A stretch of 62,377 nt of DNA, the filler included, from Chrysochromulina tobinii (taxonomy: Eukaryota), in the NCBI GenBank assembly GCA_001275005.1. It is 7 parts of 7 records of this genome, joined end to end, with 100 filler letters (N's around TTAATTAATTAA, not from the genome) between each part and the next. Parts side by side here need not be neighbours in the genome. Positions count along the whole stretch, not along the records: positions 22,469 to 25,163 come from JWZX01001103.1; positions 25,264 to 34,766 come from JWZX01001104.1; 5 more parts are not named here. One strand, given 5' to 3'. A program made the position numbers and the translations under genes. This document shows, in pieces, positions 23,277 through 34,866 of the stretch. A model generated the notes under the pieces. It saw only the letters and a program-made list of their open reading frames with translations, had not been told where the DNA came from and did not search any database. Every line of letters begins with the position of its first letter. Position 1 is the stretch's first letter.

Positions 23277-24392
23277 GAAACAGCCAGTGACTTCGATGAG
23301 GTAGAGCGTCGGAGCCACTGGCTTCAGTTCGCCAAGGTCGATGGCGAGATTATCAACCGGCTGCGTGACTTTGCAGCGGCGGTGGTCCTATCTAAGCTCC
23401 ACGATCATGTAGAGGACATCAACATTTGTGCCCCAATGGGGAACCCCCCAGTGCCTGAGCTCATGTACAACACGAAGCTCAGCGTGCAATACTCGAGGCA
23501 GCCCATTTGTACGAGCACAGCACTACTTCATGAACTTTGTGCTCGTTGCGCGGAACGTGACCTACCTGATGACACGCCAGTCGGTGGTTGTTTCCACTGC
23601 CCCACTTGCGACGTGACGTTCACACGGAAATACGCCTATGAAGTTGGGAGTGGGAAGTCATCTATCGGTCGGAATCCGGCACAATTGAAGATCTTTGATT
23701 TCACGCCGGAGATGGAAGAATTGGTTACTAGCTACGAGAAGGACAGCTATGGATCAGAGACCTACACGCACGTGACGCTTGTAGTCTATCTGGGCAGTCG
23801 ATTTTGTGTGAACTGTGTGCTGGCTAGAGAAGGGCTGCGGCCGCACGGATCCAAGGAGTGTCACACCATCTTGAAGGCACACCGTGATATCGGAGGAGGC
23901 GTGAATTCGCAAGTGGAGCGGTCAATCACAAGGACGCTTAGTGTGGGGGGGACTCGCATCTTGGGATTGGAGATGAGAGCACGTGACACCACAAACGATC
24001 TGGCGTGGGTTACAGTGCCGGACACGGAGGTCGACTTTCCTCTATATGATGGTTCAATGTTTGTGCTGGACACAGATGACGAGGAGCGAAGGCTCCGTGC
24101 ATGTCCGGATGGGAGGGACGTGGAAGGAGCATGGTTCCATGGCATGATGCAAGCCGTAGCGAGTGACGAAATTTCGTGCGGCTTCATAGCGCGGAAGGTG
24201 CGCAGTGTGCGTGATGTGTGCTGCAGGACAGATGTGGTCTTGGAGAGACAACGTGAGACAGCCAAGTATAATGAGGTTGCACGGATGTGGAGGGAGATAT
24301 GGGCCCCTTTGTACAAACGGTCCACAGGTGCACTCGTGAAGTCCGCCATTAGGAAATGGAACAAGCGTGAAAGCCAACGTCGGCGTCATTAG
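23277..24392 (+). CDS. AlkB-like 2OG-Fe(II) dioxygenase-type domain with Cys-rich segment
   Basis: HRD (HxD), RTLSVGGTR, PLYDGSMFVL, WFHG and ISCGFIARK follow the AlkB motif order. Same frame as the OTU ORF and open from 23277. Confidence 0.5.
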   Translation, partial: ETASDFDEVERRSHWLQFAKVDGEIINRLRDFAAAVVLSKLHDHVEDINICAPMGNPPVPELMYNTKLSVQYSRQPICTSTALLHELCARCAERDLPDDTPVGGCFHCPTCDVTFTRKYAYEVGSGKSSIGRNPAQLKIFDFTPEMEELVTSYEKDSYGSETYTHVTLVVYLGSRFCVNCVLAREGLRPHGSKECHTILKAHRDIGGGVNSQVERSITRTLSVGGTRILGLEMRARDTTNDLAWVTVPDTEVDFPLYDGSMFVLDTDDEERRLRACPDGRDVEGAWFHGMMQAVASDEISCGFIARKVRSVRDVCCRTDVVLERQRETAKYNEVARMWREIWAPLYKRSTGALVKSAIRKWNKRESQRRRH

Positions 24393-24612
24393 CATGTGCA
24401 GGTTGAGTGTGGGGTAAGGGCTGTGACGCTGTGTAGTTTACAATCCTTTTGAACAGGATACACTTGACGTTCATGAATCGGACACTTTTCGTCACACACG
24501 AAACTGGACACGGCAGGTCACTGTCACACGCGAGGGAGGGAAGGGCTGCCGGCAACAAGGGAGGCGGCGGCCTGGGTGGTAGCTAAGGTGCAGGCAGCGA
24601 GACGTCGTCGCG

Positions 24613-25163
24613 TTACCACGCCACGAATCTTTCGAGGAAGTCGATAGCTGCCTCCGGTGACCAAAGCTCGTCATCTAGAGTAAGGATGTCGAACTCGAAT
24701 ATACCTTGATCAACCAAGACTTGAGGAATTGCTCTCGCCACAATGAGTGCTGCTGTCCCACCCGGTACATCGGTGCGGTACGCCATGGGCGTGATGGCGT
24801 TCCCATCAGAATCGAATGTTGTAGAAGAGTTATTCCTCTCCTTCAGTAAGAATCCGGTATTATCCCAGTCGTCGGTAATCATGTCAGTCAAGATACGCGT
24901 ACGAATGCACGTGCCAATCCTTTTGGTGACGAGGATTCGCGCAGTTATTCTTGCAGCATAGGTAGACCGATGGAAATGACTGATCAGATAATTCATCGCC
25001 CATGGCGGCCGGTCGTTTTGAGTCCACAGCCGACAACCAAGAAATCCGTCTATGGGATCCGCACCTTCCAGTTTTGTTTGGAAAGGGCCTGTCCATGACC
25101 AGAATGGCGTGTCGCCGATGAAGAACTCGATGGTGAACACAAAGTTGCGCAAGCGCTCGTCCA
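24613..25163 (-). CDS. Hypothetical protein, 5' truncated
   Basis: About 180 open codons of non-repetitive composition; no recognised motif. Confidence 0.4.
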
Positions 25164-25263
25164 NNNNNNNNNNNNNNNNNNNNNNNNNNNNNNNNNNNNN
25201 NNNNNNNTTAATTAATTAANNNNNNNNNNNNNNNNNNNNNNNNNNNNNNNNNNNNNNNNNNNN
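25164..25263. other. Artificial contig spacer
   Basis: N44-TTAATTAATTAA-N44. Confidence 0.98.
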
Positions 25264-26068
25264 TCGGCGCATCGGGCCGTGTTCATGAGGCTTCTGGCAA
25301 GCTGTGACAGGTGCTCCAGGCACTGGACGACCATTGAGTTGATGGACGCTCCAATTGTTGAGTGGCAAAGGCCGGACGAAACATGCAGCCGAGCTCGCCC
25401 GTGGCTGCGCAAGCATCTGAGCCACGCACGTCTAGCTGTGCGGTTCCAGTAGCAAACCGTGAGTATAACTGTGGTACTGTGCGGGACCTACCGTCCTAGT
25501 AACGTTCTCCCGCAGTACCGTTAGTGCAGTTAGAGTAGATAGCTCTTCTTACTTGTGAACACGCCCGTCGTCACACTGAAAACCAATCACCCCCTGAATA
25601 CTCATCGGGTCAACACAAGTACTGAGCAGCCACTCGCTCGCTCGGGTTTCTCATCAATTTCGCTCCTGAAATCGGTCTCTCTCAATTGCGGAATTGGTAC
25701 ATATCTCTGAATCTCTCCCGGAGCACTTTCGGAGCACTTTTTCCTAAGGTCAGCTGCCAGTACGCAAATCGACACAGTACAATGAACAGCCTCAAAGTCT
25801 CGAATTTCTTAAACTCGGTGGGGGGATCTGGGGGATGAGGAGCGGCCGCCCCTTGGCGAGCCTTCGCGTCCGAGTTGCAGTTGGCGACGCTTGGAGCGTT
25901 GGAGGCCCTGGCCGCGTTGTTCAGGCCGCACGCGGGCGTGCGCCACCTGGGGCAGGTGTGTGAAATATGCTCCTATTGGTATGCTCCATAGTTATGTAGG
26001 AATTCCTATGCTCCAAAGTTATGAACTTATATGCTCATCGTGCTGTGGCCCTCACTCGGCAGCATGCA

Positions 26069-26977
26069 TCATGCCTCAGCAGGACGAGCATCTAAAATGC
26101 GCGTCAGCTCTAGCACCTCGATACAGTCACTGCCCTGCATGGTCCGTGCAGCAGCAATCGAACGCGTCAGCCATCCTCTGGCTGACATCATGTCGCCCAA
26201 GACCACGCACCGCGAGAAGCCATACATCATATCGATCTGCCCCCAAGAGTTAGGCAGGCCTTCCGCTTCCATGAGTCTGAGCTTCTCGTTGACGAGGTCG
26301 AGGAGCTGTGGCTCATGGGCTTTCCGAGGGAAGGCTGCAATCTGCGCGTCGATCTCCATGAACCGCTGCTGACGTAGATTGCTCATCTCTCGCTCTGCTT
26401 CCGAGAGGGAGCACAGCGTACAGCTGCATACGAACCCGAACTTGCGCCTGAGAATCGACTGTCGTTCAGCATATGGAAGCCCGTACTCCAAGTACGTGCT
26501 CAGGAGCTCTTCCCCCGCCGAGATTGGCCGTAGCGCATGCACTGTCATCTGCTCGAGCCGCGGATTCCACGCCACGTGTACGTTGGGCGAGCACGAATGA
26601 TTGATGCGGCAGATCGTTGGAGAGATCGCTGACTCTGTACGCCCATCGCCAAAGTCTTTCATGGGGTAGGCGTTCAGGCAGAAGATGCCGACGGCAGTGG
26701 GCACCTCGCCCCAGACTTCTTTGCTGTGAGCCAGGGCCCAAAAGGACGCCTGCTCCTCAGCGCCAAGAGCTGCCACGTCCTTCGACACCTCCTCTGCACT
26801 GATTCTTTGCGCAATCGAGACGTGTCTGAGCAGTGGACGCTCCTTGATGATTCGCTCGCTGCATGGTATTTGTTGGGTCGCCACTAACCCTATCTCTCGG
26901 CCTTGTATGTATTCGACACGGTAAGCCCTCTCACGCTGGACGAGGGTCGACACCACCCTCGACCCAGGGCCAGGCAT
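26069..26977 (-). CDS. SET-domain lysine methyltransferase (SMYD/SET5-like)
   Basis: GLVATQQIP, RINHSCSPN, GEELLSTY and post-SET FVCSCTLC. Start assigned to ATG 26977 (uncertain). Confidence 0.85.
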   Translation of the reverse strand: MPGPGSRVVSTLVQRERAYRVEYIQGREIGLVATQQIPCSERIIKERPLLRHVSIAQRISAEEVSKDVAALGAEEQASFWALAHSKEVWGEVPTAVGIFCLNAYPMKDFGDGRTESAISPTICRINHSCSPNVHVAWNPRLEQMTVHALRPISAGEELLSTYLEYGLPYAERQSILRRKFGFVCSCTLCSLSEAEREMSNLRQQRFMEIDAQIAAFPRKAHEPQLLDLVNEKLRLMEAEGLPNSWGQIDMMYGFSRCVVLGDMMSARGWLTRSIAAARTMQGSDCIEVLELTRILDARPAEA

Positions 26978-27382
26978 TGAATCCTCGATGACCTCGATGA
27001 GATGTTTTCGGCAATGACGGATTCCCAAATAGGAAATTGGATGGAGACTGCCAGATCCTTTCACACTTAACAGTCACTTAACTGACTTAACCTCACTTTA
27101 CTCTACACTTCAATTTACTCTACACGTCTGCTAGATATTTAGCAATTCCGCCTTTTATACCTATTTTAGCAATTGCCTTTTTGAGCTTAAAGTAGATATC
27201 GGAGTGTTTTATCAGAAGATTTCCGGGAATGATGAATAACACAGGAAAATGCTGTCACTGGAACTAACTGCTCGACAGTCTGGACTCTTCAGAGTCTGTG
27301 GTTGCTAGGAACTCCGCATCGTGTATTTATTGTTTTGGTGCCTCGAAGTTGTTCTCAAGGGCGAAGGGGTGGTGTATCCGCA

Positions 27383-28081
27383 TCACTCGTCGTGCTCACC
27401 GGCGGCCGCTGCTGGTGAATCTTCAGTCTCAGCGCCCTCCGAATCGTCGCCGTCAACGGCGGAGGCAGGCGGCTTAATCTCCGGGTCCGGCTCGACGTCG
27501 TCATTAGCGGGCACGAGAGGCTCGTCAGCCGCCAGGGGCTTCTGGGCAGCGTCAGGCGAGTCTGGTTCCTGCTCTTTCTTCGCCATTTCCTTTGCTTCTA
27601 CGCCTGGCTTTGCTGCCGACTCTGCGCCAATCGGCCTTATGCTCACCAGTCGCTGCACGTAGTTGGCGCAGTGGTAGAGAGCATATGCGACTACAAGCAC
27701 GAGACAAATCTGTTTGAGCAGCTCCCGAAATGCCAGCTCACGCTGCTGCTGTCGCTCCACCTCGTCCCAATCTTCGGCCGCATCGCCACCCAGGCCAGAC
27801 AGCTGTACCATGGTCTCGCGCTCATAAAGCTCACGCTCCAGCCGCTCCTGCACCTCCTGTTCGGACTCCTGGGGTGGCGGCGGCGGAGGCTTCGGCCTCG
27901 GCTTCGGCACTGCCGCTACTCGTGCAGCGCGCTGCACGGGATCGTCGTAGCCCGGAGGGATGGAGCAGCCACCCTGCGGCGCCTCGTACAGGGCGGAGAC
28001 AACGGAGGCGAAGACGAGCACCGCGATTCGCCCGCACGCCATACCGTTCACACAAATCCTGCAGCGGGAATTACAAAACAT
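27383..28081 (-). CDS. Hypothetical membrane protein (signal-like N-terminus, one TM segment, acidic tail)
   Basis: Hydrophobic IAVLVFASVVSA and ICLVLVVAYALY; GC3-biased ORF. Confidence 0.5.
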   Translation of the reverse strand: MFCNSRCRICVNGMACGRIAVLVFASVVSALYEAPQGGCSIPPGYDDPVQRAARVAAVPKPRPKPPPPPPQESEQEVQERLERELYERETMVQLSGLGGDAAEDWDEVERQQQRELAFRELLKQICLVLVVAYALYHCANYVQRLVSIRPIGAESAAKPGVEAKEMAKKEQEPDSPDAAQKPLAADEPLVPANDDVEPDPEIKPPASAVDGDDSEGAETEDSPAAAAGEHDE

Positions 28082-28195
28082 GTGAGTTGCAGATCATGTT
28101 CAACACCCGGCGATCCTCGGCCCTTCATGGTCCGTAGATGAGTGAAATTCGTCAAGCTACTTATAACGGCAGTCCGCCCGCGGGCGGGAAGCACA

Positions 28196-29011
28196 ATGCC
28201 GCCGCTTGGAGACGCCAAGGTCCTCGACCGCAAGACGCCACAAAATCCCAAGTTCGCAAACATCGGCCCCACGCTCGACACCGGGATGAACATGCGCAAG
28301 ATCCTAGAGAAGTACGAGGGCACAAGCGGGCCCAACGCACATCGGAGGAAGCTCGACGAGTTCTATGTGCGCCTGAAGCCAGCGACGCTCGGGCGCTTGC
28401 TCGAGCCGGTCGTCTCATCGACCGAAAGCGTATATGGCCTCGGCAAGGAAGACGCTCGCTCGGTCGTCTCGTCGGTGATGCCCGGTGCCGACACAGGTGG
28501 CCCGAGCGAGAACAACATCCTGATCCTGGATGTTCGCTCCTTTGAGGACTTCCAACAGTGCCACTGCTACAGCGCACAATACTACGACGTGACCAACCTG
28601 AACAAGGCGAGCAACAACTTCCCGCGGGAGCTCTACTTTTATCGTGGGCCGGTCGAGTGCGACAAGATGATCGTCATCTACGACGAGGACGGCAAGAGCG
28701 CGCCCGCGATCGGCAACTCCTTTGTCGAGAAGGGCATCGAGAACACGTATGTGGTGAGCGGCGGGTTCCTCGGCCTGTGCGCCGCGTGCCCGTCTGTGCT
28801 CGAGGGTGACATGCCCGACGAGCGCACGCTCGCCGACAAGATCGCGCGCGCGGGCCTCAAGCTCGGAAGCACGAGCGGCTCAACGACGGCGGGGAGCGTG
28901 CGCGGCTCGACGGCGGGATCAGTGGCTGGATCGGTGGCGGGATCGGTGCGCTCGCGGCTGAGCGTAGCGGGCGGGGCGGGCCCACGCCCGCCTCCCTTTG
29001 CTCGGCGGTGA
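28196..29011 (+). CDS. CEP41: Centrosomal protein 41 (rhodanese-like ciliary protein)
   Basis: PQNPKF...LDTG N-terminal motif, DEFYVRLK, ILDVRSFEDFQQCH, IVIYDED, EKGIENTYVVSGG. Confidence 0.8.
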   Translation: MPPLGDAKVLDRKTPQNPKFANIGPTLDTGMNMRKILEKYEGTSGPNAHRRKLDEFYVRLKPATLGRLLEPVVSSTESVYGLGKEDARSVVSSVMPGADTGGPSENNILILDVRSFEDFQQCHCYSAQYYDVTNLNKASNNFPRELYFYRGPVECDKMIVIYDEDGKSAPAIGNSFVEKGIENTYVVSGGFLGLCAACPSVLEGDMPDERTLADKIARAGLKLGSTSGSTTAGSVRGSTAGSVAGSVAGSVRSRLSVAGGAGPRPPPFARR

Positions 29012-29574
29012 GGCGCGGCGTACCAGGCGCGGGTCGAAATCGCGGGCGGCTGAGGACATGCGAGCCCTCGGCGGCAAGGCACACGGCGACGATTGACAGG
29101 TGGAGCCCATGATGCACAAATTTTTATCTTTCAGAGCACACTTACTAGCTGAATGAGGTGTTACACATGTGTCAGAGGACTAGAGTGCGAATCGAATATC
29201 ATTTTTACAAGAATCAAAACACGAACGTGTCAGACCGCTCCGCCGGGAGCGGGGAGGGCGGTGCGAGCCGTGGACCGATCGTACCGCGCCCGCACGCCGT
29301 TCCGGACGCTCCGACCGCTCTCGCGAGCGTTATACAGCGTTTAGTAGATGAGTGAGCCCCGCGACCCTGCAGTGTATAGTATATTTGAGAGCTCCTGCCT
29401 CTCAAGTGGAGAGGGGCAGCAGGACCGTGAGTCGCGCGTCGCGCGGCTGTGTGCGAAACAATGCGGCCGCCGGCGTCCCCGCCCTCAGACAGGGACCGCG
29501 GCGCGGCAGGGTCGCACGAGAGACGAAAGCGGCGTTTGTCAATCGGCCCGACGTGGGGCCGTCAATATGCACGC

Positions 29575-30340
29575 TTACTCTTGGGCTCGGCCCAGGTACT
29601 TGCCGGTCTCGGTGTCAATGCGGATCTCATCGCCCTCATTGACGAACATCGGAACCATGACGATGGCACCCGTCTCGACCTTCACAGGCCGCTCGACTCG
29701 GCCGCCCGCGGTATTGCCCTTGGCGCCGGGCTCGGCCTCGGTCACCTTGAGCGTCATGGTGCCCGGGATCTGCACGTCGATCGCCTTACCCTTGAACTTG
29801 AGAACACCAAAGGTCATTTCTTCCTTGATCCAGTTCTTCTTCTCGCCGATAAAGTCGGCCGGGATGCGCTCCTCCTCGAAAGTATCCATGTTCATGAATA
29901 CGTACTGATCGTCATCGATGTATGAAAATTTCATCTCCTCCTTCTCGACCGTCGCGTCGGGGAACGACTCGCCAGCCTTCCACGTCTTCTCGAGCACCGC
30001 GCCTGTCTCGATGTTCTTCAACTTGCTGCGCACAAACGCGGGGCCCTTGCCGGGCTTGACGTGCAGGAATTCCAGCAGCTTCCACGCGTAACCGTCCATT
30101 TCGAGCGTGAGCCCGACCTTGAAGTCCTTGGTCGAACCCTGTGGCATTTGGCACAGTATCCGCACAGAGTACGTCAGCACAATAGAGCTGCTGGTCTGGT
30201 TGCTCCTCCATCAGTCGGAAAGGGCAGCGCACCATCTCGATGGCGCATTCACGGGTGCGCGCCCGAGTGGTATGCAGCGGCGATGCGAGGAATGCGGCGC
30301 TCGCGCTCGCGGCGAGGCACGCCATCAATGTGGTTCGCAT
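29575..30340 (-). CDS. efp: Plastid-targeted translation elongation factor P; exons 30340-30233 and 30138-29575
   Basis: HVKPGKGPAFVR, VETGAIVMVPMFVNEGDEIRIDT..GKYLGR; signal peptide ending ASAAF; ordinary GT-AG intron 30139-30232. Confidence 0.92.
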
Positions 30341-30565
30341 GTGATGACACGAGCGGCGAAAAGGACTAGGAAAAAGTGAGCTCCCAACATCTCGCAAGTC
30401 GCGCCGTCTTGCCCCCCTATCCAGTACAATCCGCGCCGAAACATGTATTGCGCCGAATGTGTGCCGTGTGGGAGCCACACGAGACTTCACACGAGACTCC
30501 ACATGTGACGGCCGTTGGAGGAGCAAGCCGTAGACTCAAGAGCCGGCAGGGTTCGCCACGACCGG

Positions 30566-31132
30566 ATGGCAACGACACGAGAGGATCAGCGACGCGAGCA
30601 CAACGAAGCCAAGGAGCTCGAGTCGCTCCGGCGCGTCTTCGAGCAGGTCGACAAGAACAAGGACGGCAAGATCGACTTCAAGGAGCTCGACGAGCAGCTG
30701 GTCAAGCTCGACTATCGCGCGAAGCGCGTGGAAGTCGAGGACATGATCTGGGAAGTGGACGAGGACTGCGACCACATGGTCAGCTGGGAGGAGTTTAAGC
30801 TCATGTTCCACCGGTGCCGATCAGACAAAACGGGGCTTGAGCCACGGAAGCTTTTTAACGTGGTCGAGTTCATGATGCACGACAAGGACTCGTCGGGCAC
30901 GATTGACATGGACGAGTGCATGGAGATCCTCTTCCGCCGCTTTGGCAAGGATCAGCTTGAGGAGCGCACCAACGAGTTTTTCAAGCACGACACCGACGGT
31001 GACAACGCCATCTCTTTTGCAGAGTTCCAGCGCCAGATGATGGCGATCCGGCCGCGGAAGCGCGACAAGGCGGGCGGAAAGGGTACGGGGCAGTCGTCCG
31101 TCACCTCGCTCTCGTCAGGCAAGGGTCGATAG
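30566..31132 (+). CDS. EF-hand Ca2+-binding protein (calmodulin-like)
   Basis: Four loops: DKNKDGKIDFKE, DEDCDHMVSWEE, DKDSSGTIDMDE, DTDGDNAISFAE. Confidence 0.9.
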   Translation: MATTREDQRREHNEAKELESLRRVFEQVDKNKDGKIDFKELDEQLVKLDYRAKRVEVEDMIWEVDEDCDHMVSWEEFKLMFHRCRSDKTGLEPRKLFNVVEFMMHDKDSSGTIDMDECMEILFRRFGKDQLEERTNEFFKHDTDGDNAISFAEFQRQMMAIRPRKRDKAGGKGTGQSSVTSLSSGKGR

Positions 31133-31413
31133 GTGTAGGAGCGGCGGCCGTGGAGGCTGTACTGATGATTCTGTGCGTACGCGCCGTGTGTGCTCATGAT
31201 GTTGGCTCTCTGCCACTTACTGCAATTCATGTGGAGTACTCGCGGGATCGCCGTCGGTAGCACTCTCGAGCACGCTTAGCTGCTGATGTAGGGGCTCGCT
31301 CGTGGTCCGCCTGCGCATGTCGTTTGAATTCTTGGTCCACATTATACGACGTGTTCGCACCGACTTCAACCATCAACGTTAGTTTGGTAGTTATTTCACC
31401 GCACGGCCGCGGA

Positions 31414-34400
31414 TCACCGCCGCACACGCTTCACAGCCCGCGCAGCCACGTCTCCGCTGTGCGACGCCTCGGTACCCTCGGCATCCTCGACAATCTCCGC
31501 AATCTCCGCACTTTCCGCCTCCTCGGCAATCTCCGCAATCTCGGCCTCCTCGGCGATCTCGGCAATCTCGGCCTCCACGCCAACCTCCGAGATCTCGGCG
31601 AGCGCCGTGTCGGTGACGGCTGCCTCGGCGGCGCCTCGGCGGCGCTCCTCAACGGCTGCCGCCACCGCCGCGACGGCCTCCGCCACCGCCGCGACGGCCT
31701 CCGACACCGCCTCCTCCGCCGCTACCACTGCCGACTCCACCCTTGACTCCACCCTCGGTTCCTCGTGCGATGCGGGCAGCTGCAGCCAGCCCTCCCGCAG
31801 CTGCCCCTCCCCTGCCGGCAGCAATGGCGGCGACGACGGCTCCCGCTGCTGCGCTGCCCACATCGGCGTCGGCGTCGTCGTGAGCGGACGCGCAGCAGCG
31901 GCGGTTGGGGGGAACGGTAGCGTGGACGAGAGTTGGTGCTGAGCTTCGAGGAAGCGTTCGAGGAGCCCGGCGGCTTCGGTCTCATATTCCGAGATCGCCT
32001 TGCGCAGCGCGATGTTTGGGAAGAGCTCGTGGCGCAGCCGCTCCCTCGTGAGCGGCGAGAGGCCTGATGAACGATACAGAACGTGCGAGATGGCCTCGCG
32101 CTCATACGAGTGGCCGTCGCTCGCGACCACCGGGTCCACCATCCGCTCCTGCGTGATCGGGCAAAGGAACTCGAGAGGGACGCGCATGGCCTCATCTGGC
32201 AGTCCGAGGGTCCGTAGGCGCGCGCGTGCAGCCTCGCTGCGGCATGCGTCCATCGCGATGGCCTCGCAACGGCGGCGCTGCGTGTGTGCGTGCTCCTCCT
32301 CCAGCTTGACGAGGCGGAGCACGGCGGGCTCGAGTACCTCCGCGGGCACCGCGAGCGAGCGAGCGCGCTCGAGCGCCTGGCTAAGCTCGACCACGTCCTG
32401 GCTAAGCTCGACCACGTCGAGGACCGCCTGCAGACGGCGTGCCCTGGCCGCCGCGTACAGCGAGAACGAGCCTGCTGCGTCCGCGGCCCCCGCGCGCAAG
32501 CGTGCCTCGGCCGCCGCGACCAGCTCACGAAACCGCCGCTGCCTCGCGAGGTTCTCCTCCTCGAGCTGCGTCAGCGTGTGCGCTCCGACGACTGGAATTG
32601 CCAAATTTGGAATTGCCAAGCCCTCGCCGCCCGCCCCTTCGCCGTCTCGAAGCGCGAGGCCAAGGAAATGCTGAGGCTGCACAGGCACTCCGCCGCCCGC
32701 AGCATTGTTACGCATCTCAGCTCGGATCTCCGCGATCTCCGCGGCGGCCTGGCTCGCGGCGGCCTGGCCCGCGGCGCCGCCTCCAGCGCCCGCACCGGCG
32801 CCGCTCACCTGGGAAGCGAGTAAGGCGAGCAGCTGCGGCGTGATCGACCCCTCTGGCGGCTGCTGCGGCAGTCCCATCCACGCCATCATCGCGGAGGGGG
32901 AGGGAGAGAGCACGTTGTGGAGCGCCACGCGCGCATGCTGCGCAGTCTCAGTACCCTGAGGCTGGAGGAGTGCGCAGAGCGGCGCGATGCCGCCGGCGGC
33001 GCGCACCGCCTCCTTGTTGGCCGGATTGCCCGCGGAGAGGTTGGCGAGGGCAGCGGCGCTCTCTTGAGCAGCGATCGAGTGAGGGCCGGCGTGAAGCAGC
33101 GTCACCAGCCGCGGAAGCCCCCCATCGACTCTGATCTGGTCCTGGTTGGGAACGTTATTCGCGGCGAGGTTGCGCAGCGCGCCTGCGGCCTTTTGGGCGC
33201 ACAGGGAGTCGGGCCCCGCGTTCAGCAGCGCCACCAGAGGCGCGATGCCGCCCGCCTCGCGGACCGCCTCCTTATTCTCGGAGTTATTCGCGGCGAGATT
33301 ACGGAGCGCGCCCGCCGCCTGCTGCGTCGCCTCGGACGCCTCACCAGCATAGAGCAAGGCGACCAGCTGTGGCACGGCGCCCGCTTGGCGGATGGCCTCC
33401 TGGTTGAGATAGCCGGCCGCGAGGTTGGCGAGCGCGCCTGCGGCTTTTTGGGCGGTGGACGATGCGACGCCGTGCTGCAGCAGTGCGACGAGCGGCGGGA
33501 TGCCGCCCGCCTCGCGGATGGCATCCTGATTGGTCGTGTTGTTGGCGGCGAGATTCCATAGCGTGCCGGCCGCTTGCTGCGCCGCGTCGCCGCCATTGGC
33601 GAGGTTGCCGCGTCCGGCCGTGGCTATGCGATGACGCCCCTCCAATGGGCGGCCTCTGATTGCATGCTGATTGCCTCCCTCATCAGGTCCAGCTGCGGCC
33701 GAGCCGCCACCGCTGCCGCTGCTGCTGCCGCTGCCGCTGCCGCTGCCGCTGCCGCGACCTTCGGCGCTACCAGCGGCACTGTCGGCGCTACCTGCCGCCT
33801 CAGCGGCCACGTCGCGGGGACGGAGGAGCGCGATCAGCGGCTCGATGCCGCCTGCCTCACGCACCGCATGCTGGTTCGCCGTGTTGTTGGCGGCGAGGTT
33901 GGCAAGGGCGCCCGCAACCTGCAGCGTCGCCACATGGGTTGCGCCTGAGGCCGGTGGGTGCAGCAGCGCCACGAGTGCCTCAATGCCCCCGGCCGCACGG
34001 ATCGCATCCTTATTGATGGCATTGGACGCGAGGTTGGCGAGCACGGCCGCCGCGTGCTGCGCCGCCTCGACGGGTCCCACGCGTGCTCCGATGCGCAGCA
34101 GCTCGACCAGCGGTGGGATCCCGTGTTCGGTGCGAATCGCGTCCTTGTTGGCCAGATTGCTCGCGAGGTTGGCGAGGGCGCCTGCGGCCTTTTGGGTGGC
34201 GAGGCTCTCAGGGCCGTGATGCAGCAGCGCCACGAGCAGCGGGATGCCGCCCGCCTCGCGGATGGCATCCTGGTTCATGGAATTGTTGGCGGCGAGAGAC
34301 CAAATCGCTCCAGCCACCTGCTGCGACGGCTCCACGCTCACACCGCTCCGCAGCATCTCGACCAACGCAACGATGCCGCCGTGCGTGCGGATCGCGTTCT

Positions 34401-34766
34401 TGTTGGCCGCGTGGTTCGCGGCGAGGTTGCGCAGCGCTCCCGCCGCCTGCTGCGCCGCCTCGACCGGTGTGCCCGGGCGTAGCAGCGCGACGAGCAGCGG
34501 GATGCCGCCCGCCTCGCGGATGGCATCCTGATTGGTCGTGTTGGAGGCGAGGTTGCGCAGCGCGCCCGCCGCCTTTTGCGCCGCGATCGAGCTATACCCC
34601 CCCGCAAGCAGCCGCACGAGGGCCTCGATGCCTCCCGCGGCGCGGATACGCTGCTGGTTATGCGTGTTGCTGGACGCGAGGTTGCGCAGCGCGGCGGCCG
34701 CCTGCAGTGCTGCCAGCGAGGCTGGACCATGCTCGAGCACATCCACGAGGAGCGCGATGCCGCCCG
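31414..34766 (-). CDS. Armadillo-repeat protein with C-terminal U-box (E3 ligase); 5' truncated
   Basis: More than 10 ARM repeats (NQDAIREAGGIPPLVALL...AAGALRNLA); U-box EFLCPITQERMVDPVVASDGHSYER...SPLTR...PNIALRKAI. Confidence 0.9.
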
Positions 34767-34866
34767 NNNNNNNNNNNNNNNNNNNNNNNNNNNNNNNNNN
34801 NNNNNNNNNNTTAATTAATTAANNNNNNNNNNNNNNNNNNNNNNNNNNNNNNNNNNNNNNNNNNNN
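34767..34866. other. Artificial contig spacer
   Basis: N44-TTAATTAATTAA-N44. Confidence 0.98.
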
